Assembly (NCBI GenBank): GCA_029252805.1
Contig: JAQXAR010000027.1
Coordinates: forward strand, 35,175 to 99,174
Source of the DNA: Rickettsiales bacterium
GTDB taxonomy: Bacteria; Pseudomonadota; Alphaproteobacteria; Rickettsiales; JALZUV01
DNA length: 64,000 nucleotides
Direction: 5' to 3'
Part shown: positions 29,827 to 38,450 of the stretch, one piece after another
Numbering within the stretch: position 1 is the stretch's first letter
Layout of the letters: each line of letters opens with the position of its first letter
Made by a program: the position numbers and the translations under genes
The notes under the pieces: generated by a model
Seen by the model: only the letters and a program-made list of their open reading frames with translations
What the model was told of the DNA's origin: nothing
Databases searched by the model: none

Positions 29827-31056
29827 TCAGCGCTGCGCTGCAAAATAGTTTGTGATGCCTTGTTGCAATCCCTTCACCACTTTATTCTGATGTTCCTTTT
29901 GATTGATAAGCCGTTCGTCTTCAGGGTTAGTCAGGAAGCCAATCTCCACCAACACAGACGGGATATCAGGTGCTTTCAATACCGCAAAGCCAGCATGACG
30001 GTGAGGGTTTTTTAGTAACTTAATCTTGCCCTTCATCTTTTTGACGATCTTTTCTGCCAATTTGACCGATTTATTCTTTGTTTCACGACGTGCCAAGTCA
30101 ATCAGGATGTCAGCCACCTCTTCATCTTCGTGCGTCAGGTCAACATCGGCTAGCAAATCCACTTTGTTTTCCTGCGTCGCAAGAGCCGCCGCTTCTTTAT
30201 CTGATGCTTTTTCCGATAAGGTATAAATCGAAAGTCCGCGCGCATCCTTATTCGGCGCTGAATCTGCATGGAGCGAGAGAAATATCGCGGCCTTTTCACG
30301 ACGTGCGATACGGAAACGCTCGCGCAACGGGATAATTTTATCGCGGTTACGGGTTAAGGTGACACGATACTTGCCCGTCGCCTTTAATTGATCTCGCAAG
30401 GCACGCGCGTAACGCAGCGTCACCACCTTCTCTTTGGTTTTACGACCATGTGCGCCGGGGTCTTTGCCACCATGCCCCGCATCAATCACAATAAGCGGTT
30501 TATCAGTCACTTTTGGCTTACGCGGCTTTGAAGTTGGCAATTCACCCTTATTACTCTTGTTGTCATCTTGCACTATGACCGTCGGCGGACGACTTTTATT
30601 ATTCTTTCGTGACCACAGAGCCGCTGACTTAGAGCGCGCCTTCTCAGCGCGTTTCGGTGAGGCACCACTCTTGGCGGTTAGCCGAAATTGCTTCTTATTG
30701 TTTTGATTCGAACGAATTTCATCGAAATTCACCGCTTCATGCATATCCAGCACGACACGTGACGTATTTTCATCAAAGCGCGCATAACGGATGCGTTTAA
30801 TAAACTGGCTCCCTACACGAGCCACCTTTTGTGTATCCACCTTCCACTTAAAGGCTGGTAAATCTACCACAAGCCTATCTGGGTTCTTTAGAGCGAAAAC
30901 GCTATGATTCACATGCTCATCAAGCTCAACCGTTAGGATTTCTCCGTTATTTGTTGGCTTAATATGCACATCACGCACTTCCAGCGCAGCACTGGTAAAT
31001 GGCACCCAGACCAGCAGAAACAATAGGAGACTAAAATTCTTGATTGCGAAACTCAC
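29827..31056 (-). CDS. amiC: N-acetylmuramoyl-L-alanine amidase (AMIN domain + Amidase_3)
   Basis: 409 aa with a GTG start and a signal peptide. It has an AMIN-like N-domain (LVVDLP...RVVLD) and the amidase core VIDAGHGGKDPGA...SLHAD...VLVEIGFLTN. Confidence 0.85.
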   Translation of the reverse strand: MSFAIKNFSLLLFLLVWVPFTSAALEVRDVHIKPTNNGEILTVELDEHVNHSVFALKNPDRLVVDLPAFKWKVDTQKVARVGSQFIKRIRYARFDENTSRVVLDMHEAVNFDEIRSNQNNKKQFRLTAKSGASPKRAEKARSKSAALWSRKNNKSRPPTVIVQDDNKSNKGELPTSKPRKPKVTDKPLIVIDAGHGGKDPGAHGRKTKEKVVTLRYARALRDQLKATGKYRVTLTRNRDKIIPLRERFRIARREKAAIFLSLHADSAPNKDARGLSIYTLSEKASDKEAAALATQENKVDLLADVDLTHEDEEVADILIDLARRETKNKSVKLAEKIVKKMKGKIKLLKNPHRHAGFAVLKAPDIPSVLVEIGFLTNPEDERLINQKEHQNKVVKGLQQGITNYFAAQR

Positions 31057-31316
31057 GGTTTTCTTTATAAAGAGGTTACGAATGAAACCAAGGACAAAGC
31101 TTGGTGAAACTCAATAATTCCCCGCTAAAAGGAACAGAAAGCTCCTGCAGGCGTAGAACAGAACTTAATTTAACACATTAAAGATAAATATTTAAATAGC
31201 CCCAATGTACGCTCACACCTCAAACAGAAGAATCTTAAGCATCGCGCATACTAGCGCTTTGATGCTGGATTATGGCTGCGAGAACCTTAGCGTCGGGCAC
31301 AACGGAGTACAAAACA

Positions 31317-33854
31317 ATGTCACGCAAAATGCTGGTCGATGCGGTCCACCCGGAGGAAACCCGTGTCGTTATAACCGACAATAAATCCTCTATTTTAGAA
31401 TTTGATTTTACCACCGCGGCTAAGCCGCAAATAAAAGGAAATGTATATTTAGCGAAAGTGACGCGCGTCGAGCCGTCGCTTCAAGCTGCCTTTGTCGAAT
31501 ATGGCGGTGGTAAGCAAGGCTTCCTACCTTTTTCGGAAATTCATCCTAACTATTACCAAATCCCTACTTCGGATCGTGAAAGACTGATCCAAGAAGAGGA
31601 AGATGAAGCGGCAAAAGATATCGCCGACGATGAAGATGATTTAGCAGAGACTGAGGAACTTGAAGAAGATCAAGTGACCAACACGCTCGCGGCAAAAGCA
31701 GATGCGGAAGCAAGTGTAAGCAGCGAAGTCGTCACAGACGGTGAAGTCAAAGCGGATGCGGAAGAGAAACCAAAACCTCGCCGTCGCGGCCGCCGCAAGA
31801 AATCTGAAATCGAAGCCGACGAAAAAGCGAAAGCTGAAGCGCAAGCCGCTACCGAAGCTAAACCTGAAGACAAAGCGACTGATAAGGAAGCTAAAGCTGA
31901 AGGCTCTGCCGAAGAAGCTAAGGCTGAAGGCGCTGAAGGTGAAGGCGATGATAAAACTCGTCGCCGTCGCCGTCGTGGTGGCCGCAATCGTGGTGGTCGC
32001 AACAATAACAACAACCGCCGCAACAATAAAAGCGACGGTGAAGATGGCGCTGAAGTTGAAGTCCTTAGCGGGGAAGACGAAATTGAACGTCCTCGCCGCA
32101 AACGTGACTATACTCGTCGCTACAAAATCCAAGAAGTGATCAAACGCAACCAAGTTCTCTTGGTTCAAGTGATCAAAGAAGAGCGCGGCAATAAAGGCGT
32201 TTCTCTGACTTCATTCCTATCACTCGCTGGCCGTTATTGCGTATTGATGCCAAACAGCCCTCGCGGTGGTGGTGTCTCACGCAAAATCAACAGTGGTGAA
32301 GATCGTAAGCGTTTAAAGAAAATTCTCTCGGATATGGCGTTACCTACAGGCATGAGTGTTATCATTCGTACTGCTGGTGCTGGCCATACACGTGCTGAAA
32401 TTAAACGTGACTTTGAATATCTCGTCAAACTCTGGAACCAGATACGCGAGGATACATTAGTCTCCAGCGCCCCTGCCCGTGTGTATGAGGAAAGCAATAT
32501 CGTTCAGCGCTGCATTCGTGATAGCTACAGTAGCGACATTGATGATATTATCGTCGATGGCGAAGCTATTTTCAAGGAAACGAAAGCTTTCATGAAAATG
32601 CTAATCCCAAGCCATGCACCCAAAGTGAAACTGCATAAAGGTGAGATGCCACTCTTCCATGAAGAAGGCATTGATAACCAGCTTTCATCTATGACAGAGC
32701 CTGAAGTACGTTTACGTTCGGGTGGTTCGATTGTGATGAACCCAACAGAAGCACTGATCTCGATCGATGTGAACTCAGGCCGTTCAACGCGTGAGCGTAA
32801 TGTTGAAGAAACCGCGCTTAAAACAAACTTGGAAGCTGCTCGCGAAGTAGCGCGTCAATTACGTTTGCGTGATTTGGCAGGCCTGATCGTGATTGATTTC
32901 ATCGATATGAATGAAGGCAAGAATCGTCGCGCCGTTGAACGTGCGATGAAAGAAGCGTTACGCCCTGATCGTGCGAAGATTCAAGTGGCACGTATTAGTA
33001 CGTTTGGCTTGATGGAAATGTCACGCCAACGGATGCGCCCGTCCATTGCTGAAACGATCGATCGCAGCTGTCCGCATTGCCAAGGCACAGGCACAATCCG
33101 TTCGGAAGCCGCGCTCGGCATTCAAATTATCCGCGCGTTGGAAAAAGAAGTCAGCAGTGGAGATTTTGATCGCTTCCGCGTTTCAATCACCGCATCTGAG
33201 GCACTCTATATCCTCAATAACATGCGCGCTGAATTGGATAAGATCGAAAACGGTTATACCTGTTCGGTAGAACTCGTCATTGATGGCACCTTGCATGAAG
33301 GTGACTTCCGTATCGAAAAATTCCGTCGCAAAGGCAGCGAAAAGTCAAATGATCGCCGCCCGGCTCGTTCCGATGATGGTGAAGAGCGCCCTGCTCGCAG
33401 CCGCCGCCGTGGTGGCCGTGGTCGCAATCGCCAAGATAGAGATGAGAACAAGTCAAACGTCGAAACAAAAACGGAAACCGATAATACTAAAGAGAACTCG
33501 GATGAAACCGTGACAGAAGCTTCTGAGGCTGCTCCTTCGGAAGCAAAAACCGAAGAGAAGCCGAAACGCGGACGCCGTGGTCGTAAGAAGGTCGAAACTG
33601 AAGCGAAAGCTGAAGCTGAAGCTGAGACTAAAGTTTCTGATACAGTTGCACCTGAAGTAAAACCTGAAGCGGTTGCTGTAGAAGCAGAGAAGCCGAAACG
33701 CCGTGGACGCCCTCGCAAGAAAGTTGAAGCGACAGAAGAAACTTCTGAACCTAAATTGGTAAAACCGCAAGAGCCTCCTGCTGTGGAAGTAAAAGTCGAA
33801 GAAAAGCCGAAAGCGCCAAAACGCTCGGGCTGGTGGCAAAAGATTGTCGAATAG
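31317..33854 (+). CDS. rne: ribonuclease E
   Basis: The preferred start is MSRKMLVDAVHPEETRVV at 31317; the track ORF starts at 31272. It has S1, 5' sensor and DNase-I-like core motifs (LMPNSPRGGGVSRKI, ISIDVNSG, GLIVIDFIDM, CPHCQGTG). An acidic/Arg-rich insertion interrupts the S1 region, and the C-terminal tail is K/E/R-rich. Confidence 0.9.
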   Translation: MSRKMLVDAVHPEETRVVITDNKSSILEFDFTTAAKPQIKGNVYLAKVTRVEPSLQAAFVEYGGGKQGFLPFSEIHPNYYQIPTSDRERLIQEEEDEAAKDIADDEDDLAETEELEEDQVTNTLAAKADAEASVSSEVVTDGEVKADAEEKPKPRRRGRRKKSEIEADEKAKAEAQAATEAKPEDKATDKEAKAEGSAEEAKAEGAEGEGDDKTRRRRRRGGRNRGGRNNNNNRRNNKSDGEDGAEVEVLSGEDEIERPRRKRDYTRRYKIQEVIKRNQVLLVQVIKEERGNKGVSLTSFLSLAGRYCVLMPNSPRGGGVSRKINSGEDRKRLKKILSDMALPTGMSVIIRTAGAGHTRAEIKRDFEYLVKLWNQIREDTLVSSAPARVYEESNIVQRCIRDSYSSDIDDIIVDGEAIFKETKAFMKMLIPSHAPKVKLHKGEMPLFHEEGIDNQLSSMTEPEVRLRSGGSIVMNPTEALISIDVNSGRSTRERNVEETALKTNLEAAREVARQLRLRDLAGLIVIDFIDMNEGKNRRAVERAMKEALRPDRAKIQVARISTFGLMEMSRQRMRPSIAETIDRSCPHCQGTGTIRSEAALGIQIIRALEKEVSSGDFDRFRVSITASEALYILNNMRAELDKIENGYTCSVELVIDGTLHEGDFRIEKFRRKGSEKSNDRRPARSDDGEERPARSRRRGGRGRNRQDRDENKSNVETKTETDNTKENSDETVTEASEAAPSEAKTEEKPKRGRRGRKKVETEAKAEAEAETKVSDTVAPEVKPEAVAVEAEKPKRRGRPRKKVEATEETSEPKLVKPQEPPAVEVKVEEKPKAPKRSGWWQKIVE

Positions 33855-33880
33855 CGACGAGTACAACTAGTAATTCCAAA

Positions 33881-33917
33881 GGCTCTCACCTATATTATTA
33901 AGGTGAGAGCCTTTTTT
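33881..33917 (+). terminator. rho-independent terminator after rne
   Basis: GGCTCTCACC (33881..33890), an 11-nt loop, GGTGAGAGCC (33902..33911), then TTTTTT (33912..33917). Confidence 0.8.
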
Positions 33918-35243
33918 CATTCTCTATCCCTTTTATTGCTCGGCGTGCTGATTGCACAGCCAGCCTATGCCCTATCGCTCATTCGCGATGCGGAAACAGA
34001 AGCACTCCTTCGCGATTATTCTGACCCTATTTTTGAAGCCGCAGGGTTAGAACCTTCCAGCGTTAATATCTTTATCGTCAATGACCCCACGTTGAACGCC
34101 TTTGTCGCAGGCGGTGCTAATATGTTCATCCATACGGGACTGATTATGGCGTCCAAAGAACCCGAAACGCTAATCGGCGTGATCGCACATGAAACCGGAC
34201 ATATCGCTGGCGGGCATTTAGCACGTGGCACCGAAGCGCTCAAAGACGCACAGCTCAGCACGATCTTAAGCTATGTGCTCGGCGCTGCGGCTGGCCTTGC
34301 CGGCGGCGGTGAAGCAGCGGCAGGCATCCTTTCAGCCGGACAGCATGTCACGCAACGTAACATCCTCTCCTTCACCCGCGTGAATGAGCAAGCAGCAGAT
34401 CAAGCGGCGCTATCGTATCTCGATAAGACCAACATCTCGCCTGAAGGCATGCTGTCACTGATGGAAAAGCTTCGCTCCCGCGAACAGCTCTATCGCACCA
34501 AATTAGATCCCTATGCGCTGACCCACCCGCTTTCCAAAGAACGTATCGCCCATGTACGCGGGCATTTGCTCAAACAAAATAAAAAAGCCCCTAAGTTAGA
34601 TGCCGAAACAATGGAACGTCATGCCAGAGTGCTCGGCAAACTTAAAGGATTCCTCAATGATCCAGAGATATTATTGCAGGCAACGGCAAATGAGAAGACC
34701 TCTGACAAGCTGACCCGCATCGTCGCTGCACACCGGCTCTCTAAAACAGAAGACGCCCTCAAAGGAATCGACGAATTGCTCGTAAAAGAGCCTAAGAATC
34801 CTTATTTCCTAGAACTAAAAGCGCAGATATTATCGGAAACTGGGCGCCATAGCGAATCGCGGCCTTACATCCAAAAGGCACTCAGCCTAAAGCCAGATAG
34901 CGGCCTACTTCGCACCGACTATGCGCGTGTTTTAATGTCACAAAAGAACGCTGACTTTACACTGGCTGCCAAAGAGCTAAGCCGCGCGAGTCAACAGGAC
35001 CACACGAACGCACTCACGTGGCAATTACTCGGACAAGCCGAAGCGGAAATCGGCCATAACGGCAAAGCCGCCCTCGCCTACGCTGAAGCAGCACTCCTGC
35101 GTAGCGATGGAGAGTTGGCGCGCCGATATGCCACCGAAGCGCTCGATAAGCTCCCCAAAACATCGCCCGCTATGTTGCGCGCACAAGACGCTCGCGAAGA
35201 AGCCATCCGCTTACAAAGAGAAAAGAAAGAAAAGGCTTCGTAA
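33903..35243 (+). CDS. M48 family metalloprotease with C-terminal TPR region (BepA-like)
   Basis: 446 aa with signal peptide MRAFFHSLSLLLLGVLIAQPAYA and zinc motif HETGHIAGGH, followed by TPR-like repeats. The only canonical start, GTG 33903, lies inside the rne terminator stem. Confidence 0.8.
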   Translation: MRAFFHSLSLLLLGVLIAQPAYALSLIRDAETEALLRDYSDPIFEAAGLEPSSVNIFIVNDPTLNAFVAGGANMFIHTGLIMASKEPETLIGVIAHETGHIAGGHLARGTEALKDAQLSTILSYVLGAAAGLAGGGEAAAGILSAGQHVTQRNILSFTRVNEQAADQAALSYLDKTNISPEGMLSLMEKLRSREQLYRTKLDPYALTHPLSKERIAHVRGHLLKQNKKAPKLDAETMERHARVLGKLKGFLNDPEILLQATANEKTSDKLTRIVAAHRLSKTEDALKGIDELLVKEPKNPYFLELKAQILSETGRHSESRPYIQKALSLKPDSGLLRTDYARVLMSQKNADFTLAAKELSRASQQDHTNALTWQLLGQAEAEIGHNGKAALAYAEAALLRSDGELARRYATEALDKLPKTSPAMLRAQDAREEAIRLQREKKEKAS

Positions 35244-35291
35244 TCAAAGCAAAATGTTATTAAAGTACGATCAAAGATAGCCCCTAAGGAG

Positions 35292-36083
35292 ATGATAATG
35301 AGCGACGTAAGTAAATTAGTAGTAACAGGCCTAGCCTGCTTAGCCATTGGTGCAGTAGCAGGAAATTACCTCCCTAGCGCCGGCACTGGCGTTAGCACAG
35401 GCGTAAGTGAAGAGATTAGCTCCGATAGGGTGAAAGCCATCGTTGCGGATTATATTTCTAATAACCCAGAACAAATCGTGGCAGCTCTGCAAGGCATGCA
35501 AGCGAAAGCCGCCGCTAAACAACAAGCCCAAACTGCCGGCGCGTTGAAAGATTTTCTTCCAGCCATCATGAATGCGGATAACTCGCCTACAGCTGGAACA
35601 GGCAAAAGTGGCATCGTGATTGCGGAGTTCTTTGACTATCGTTGTGGTTATTGCAAACGTATGGCTAACACCGTTCAGCAATTGCTCGAAAAGCATCCGG
35701 ACATTAAAGTCGTGTTTAAAGAATTTCCAATTTTATCTGAAGGCTCGCGCAAAGCGGCGATGGCTTCTTTGGCGATTAACTACCTAAAGCCTAAACGTTA
35801 TATGGATTACCACATGATGCTTATGAAGCATAATGGCGAGTATGACCAAGCGGCATTGAATGATTATGCCGGTCAGGTGCAGGTTGATATTGCCGCATTT
35901 GAAAAAGAAATGAACGGCGCGCGCGTGGCCAAAGAGATTCAAGCCGTCGCGGATGTTGCAGGTAAAACTGGTATTCAAGGCACTCCGGCGCTTGTCCTTG
36001 ATGGCGAGCTCATTCCTGGCGCGATCCCATTCGCAGATGTAGACGCCCGTATCACAGCGCTGAAAGCGAAGATGAAGAAATAG
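35292..36083 (+). CDS. DsbA-family thiol:disulfide oxidoreductase
   Basis: 263 aa with an N-terminal TM/signal anchor, thioredoxin motif FFDYRCGYCKR, and GTPALVLDG. An AAGGAG SD sits upstream. Confidence 0.85.
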   Translation: MIMSDVSKLVVTGLACLAIGAVAGNYLPSAGTGVSTGVSEEISSDRVKAIVADYISNNPEQIVAALQGMQAKAAAKQQAQTAGALKDFLPAIMNADNSPTAGTGKSGIVIAEFFDYRCGYCKRMANTVQQLLEKHPDIKVVFKEFPILSEGSRKAAMASLAINYLKPKRYMDYHMMLMKHNGEYDQAALNDYAGQVQVDIAAFEKEMNGARVAKEIQAVADVAGKTGIQGTPALVLDGELIPGAIPFADVDARITALKAKMKK

Positions 36084-36102
36084 GGACTTCGGCACAAAAA
36101 AG

Positions 36103-36139
36103 AACAGCGTCCAAACCACTTAGGGCTTTGGACGCTGTT
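36103..36139 (-). terminator. 13-bp perfect hairpin terminator (U-tract only in minus orientation)
   Basis: AACAGCGTCCAAA (36103..36115), an 11-nt loop, then TTTGGACGCTGTT (36127..36139). Read on the minus strand it is followed by CTTTTTTG. It lies between the convergent dsbA-like gene and the small minus-strand ORF. Confidence 0.75.
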
Positions 36140-36167
36140 ACTTAACATAAGAAATAAAAACGACTTC

Positions 36168-36299
36168 TTATTTCTTCTTCTTCAGTTTGTCTAGGGCTTC
36201 TTCTTTACCAATCACTCCCTTTGGTTTTGGCGTCGGTTTTGCATCTTTGTTCGCCAATAAGTTTAATGCTTTCTTCTTGCTAATGATTTTCTTAGCCAT
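36168..36299 (-). CDS. candidate 43-aa lysine-rich small protein
   Basis: Manual translation gives MAKKIISKKKALNLLANKDAKPTPKPKGVIGKEEALDKLKKKK. It falls below the ORF-track cutoff. A correctly oriented terminator lies 29 nt downstream. No clear SD is visible upstream. Confidence 0.35.
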   Translation of the reverse strand: MAKKIISKKKALNLLANKDAKPTPKPKGVIGKEEALDKLKKKK

Positions 36300-36423
36300 G
36301 ATAGAAGTTTTTTATTTCGATTTTCTGATCGAAGAGTCATTCACATAAATTTAAAAAAAAACGGATTACAAAATTAACCACTAAGATGCCACAAATGCAG
36401 CCAAAAGTTAAGTTACAGTTCTG

Positions 36424-37221
36424 TTACAATTGCTTGGCGAACATCATTTTCCACACCATTTTCAAGCGTGATTCGGAGGGATTGATGGCGAGCGCTAATT
36501 CGGGTGTTTGCTGCATCTTACTGGCACGCCCATAGAGAAAGGGAATCGCGCGGGCAAGCGGGGCATCTTTTGGCACATCGATGCGTTTGAGCGTTTCTTC
36601 GACTCGGCGTGCTAGGGTTTGGATAATATGACAAAGCTGCGGCGTGATATCTTCCTCAGCGGCGAGTGGGTCGATACCATGTGCGGCGAAGACTTCTTCA
36701 GGAATGGTGCTATAGCTTTCATTCAGCTGATAGCCCGTCGCCCAGAGCAGCCCTTGCAATACCCAGACTTGGCCTAATTGCGTGAGCCATTTCTTTTGCT
36801 CATCCGTTTCCGCCAAAGGCAACCAAAAACCACCAGTCGCAGTGGCATAAGCATCCAGCACCTTCATATCGGCAAAGTGATAGCCTGTTTCAATATCCGC
36901 CTCACGCGCCTCTAACGCGGCCAGTAACGGTGCGATATCAAACTCCATTGCATGAATCGCCTCAACGACGGGATGTTTACGTGGCTGCTCCAACGCCTCC
37001 ATCCACCATTTTAGACGGATCGCGCCGGTGGCTATTTCTGTGGTTTCTGCGGCGCGGGAAATTTCCACATTGAACGCGCCCAATACCCACAGCCTCTCGC
37101 GCTGCTTCGGCGGCAAGGAAAGACTCAGCAAATAACGCGGGTAATCTTTTTCGCGCAGTAGTTTTCGGCAATGTTGAATATTGGCTTGCATGAGAGCCGT
37201 TATGCGCGAGAATTTAGCCAA
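36424..37221 (-). CDS. squalene/phytoene synthase-fold family protein, NDUFAF6-like, Asp-rich motifs not evident
   Basis: 265 aa. The DYPRYLLSLSLP...LGAFNVEISR...IRLKWW pattern resembles the isoprenoid-synthase-fold NDUFAF6/SQS-PSY family. I could not find DxxxD motifs. The start is ambiguous between 37221 and the Met at 37191. Confidence 0.55.
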   Translation of the reverse strand: MAKFSRITALMQANIQHCRKLLREKDYPRYLLSLSLPPKQRERLWVLGAFNVEISRAAETTEIATGAIRLKWWMEALEQPRKHPVVEAIHAMEFDIAPLLAALEAREADIETGYHFADMKVLDAYATATGGFWLPLAETDEQKKWLTQLGQVWVLQGLLWATGYQLNESYSTIPEEVFAAHGIDPLAAEEDITPQLCHIIQTLARRVEETLKRIDVPKDAPLARAIPFLYGRASKMQQTPELALAINPSESRLKMVWKMMFAKQL

Positions 37222-38436
37222 ATGCTAGGTTTATCGACATCCAAATTCAAACCACGCCGCGTGCATGTGGTGGGCGCTGGATTATCGGGCTTGGCTTGTG
37301 CTGTGCGATTACAGAGCAAGGGCGTGCCTGTCACGCTTTACGAGGCGAGCAACCAAGCTGGCGGGCGGTGTCGCTCTTACGACGATAAGAAACTGGGACG
37401 CATATTGGATAATGGCAACCACCTTATCCTGCGCGGCAACCGCGCGGCATGGAACTATATTAAACAGCTCAGCACCTTCCACGAGTTTTACGGGGTGACG
37501 CAAGATTATATCTTCCACGATGCGGCAAACCGTAAGCAATGGTATGTGCGCCCCCCCTTTGTGCATGACGCATGGCAGGGCCTACACTTGCTTGCAGCCT
37601 CGAAAGATAAAACCGTCGCGCAATGCTTTAACACGCAAAGTCAGTTTTACCGCGAGTTTGTAGAACCGCTTTGTATTGCCGCGCTGAATACTCATCCTAA
37701 ATATGCCTCCGCACAGATATTGCGCAATGTGTGGCTGCGTATGCTGATGCCGGGTAATGCCGATTACTTACAAATATACAGCGATTTTAATAGGGCACTG
37801 ATTGAACCGGCTTTGCGACAGATTGATAAAGTGGAGCTGATGCAACGCCTACGCATGATCGAAATCGAAAACGGACGTGTCAGCGCTTTGCAATTTACCG
37901 AATTTCGCAAAACTATCGCGGCGGATGCGCGGGTGGTGCTGGCACTACCGCCCGAAGCGACGGCGGCTCTGATACCGTCGCTCAATATTCCTCCACTGGA
38001 AACGAACAGCATTATTAATGGCCACTTCCTTTATGATACGGATAAGCTGGCACCTCGGTTACTCGGCACGGTCAATAGCCCGCTGCATTGGGTTTTCCTT
38101 AAAGACGGTATTATCTCTACCACGACTAGCCATGCCGAAACTTCTGCATTCTATAATAAAGAGAATATCGCACATCTTTTATGGCAGGAAGTGGGTAAAT
38201 GTTATTCCGCGCTCAAAGATAAACCGATGCCGCCACACCGCATCGTCACAGAAAAACGCGCAACGATTGCTGCCACACCGAAGAACCTCGCACAGCGGCC
38301 AAAAGCTGAGAGCGGATTAGCAAATCTAACGCTCGCGGGCGATTGGCTCGATTCGCCGCTACCGGCTTGCATCGAGAATGCGATTACCAGCGGTAACAGA
38401 GCCGCACGCTGGTGCTTGAAGCAAAAGGCACAATAG
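37222..38436 (+). CDS. FAD-dependent oxidoreductase, amine-oxidase/phytoene-desaturase family (HpnE-like)
   Basis: The dinucleotide-binding motif VHVVGAGLSGLACAV...YEASNQAGGRCRS is followed by a C-terminal LAGDW. The start chosen is MLGLSTSKF at 37222; the track ORF starts at 37171, overlapping the divergent gene. Confidence 0.7.
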   Translation: MLGLSTSKFKPRRVHVVGAGLSGLACAVRLQSKGVPVTLYEASNQAGGRCRSYDDKKLGRILDNGNHLILRGNRAAWNYIKQLSTFHEFYGVTQDYIFHDAANRKQWYVRPPFVHDAWQGLHLLAASKDKTVAQCFNTQSQFYREFVEPLCIAALNTHPKYASAQILRNVWLRMLMPGNADYLQIYSDFNRALIEPALRQIDKVELMQRLRMIEIENGRVSALQFTEFRKTIAADARVVLALPPEATAALIPSLNIPPLETNSIINGHFLYDTDKLAPRLLGTVNSPLHWVFLKDGIISTTTSHAETSAFYNKENIAHLLWQEVGKCYSALKDKPMPPHRIVTEKRATIAATPKNLAQRPKAESGLANLTLAGDWLDSPLPACIENAITSGNRAARWCLKQKAQ

Positions 38437-38450
38437 GTTAGGACACGAGC

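Noticed and set aside
31082-31117. 11-codon uORF (MKPRTKLGETQ) with an AAGAGG SD-like sequence in the amiC/rne divergent region
   Set aside because: It is too short to evaluate from sequence alone and could be chance in an AT-rich promoter region. I did not promote it to a feature.
31641-32168. Long antisense and alternative-frame ORFs inside the rne insertion region (175 aa, 143 aa, 132 aa)
   Set aside because: The GAA/AAG/CGC-rich repetitive coding sequence keeps several frames open. The products are homopolymer-like (F/S/R/A runs) and lie within a confidently called RNase E gene.
33254-33889. 211-aa and 137-aa antisense ORFs over the rne C-terminal tail
   Set aside because: This is the same compositional artefact of the K/E/R-rich tail, with no independent start context.
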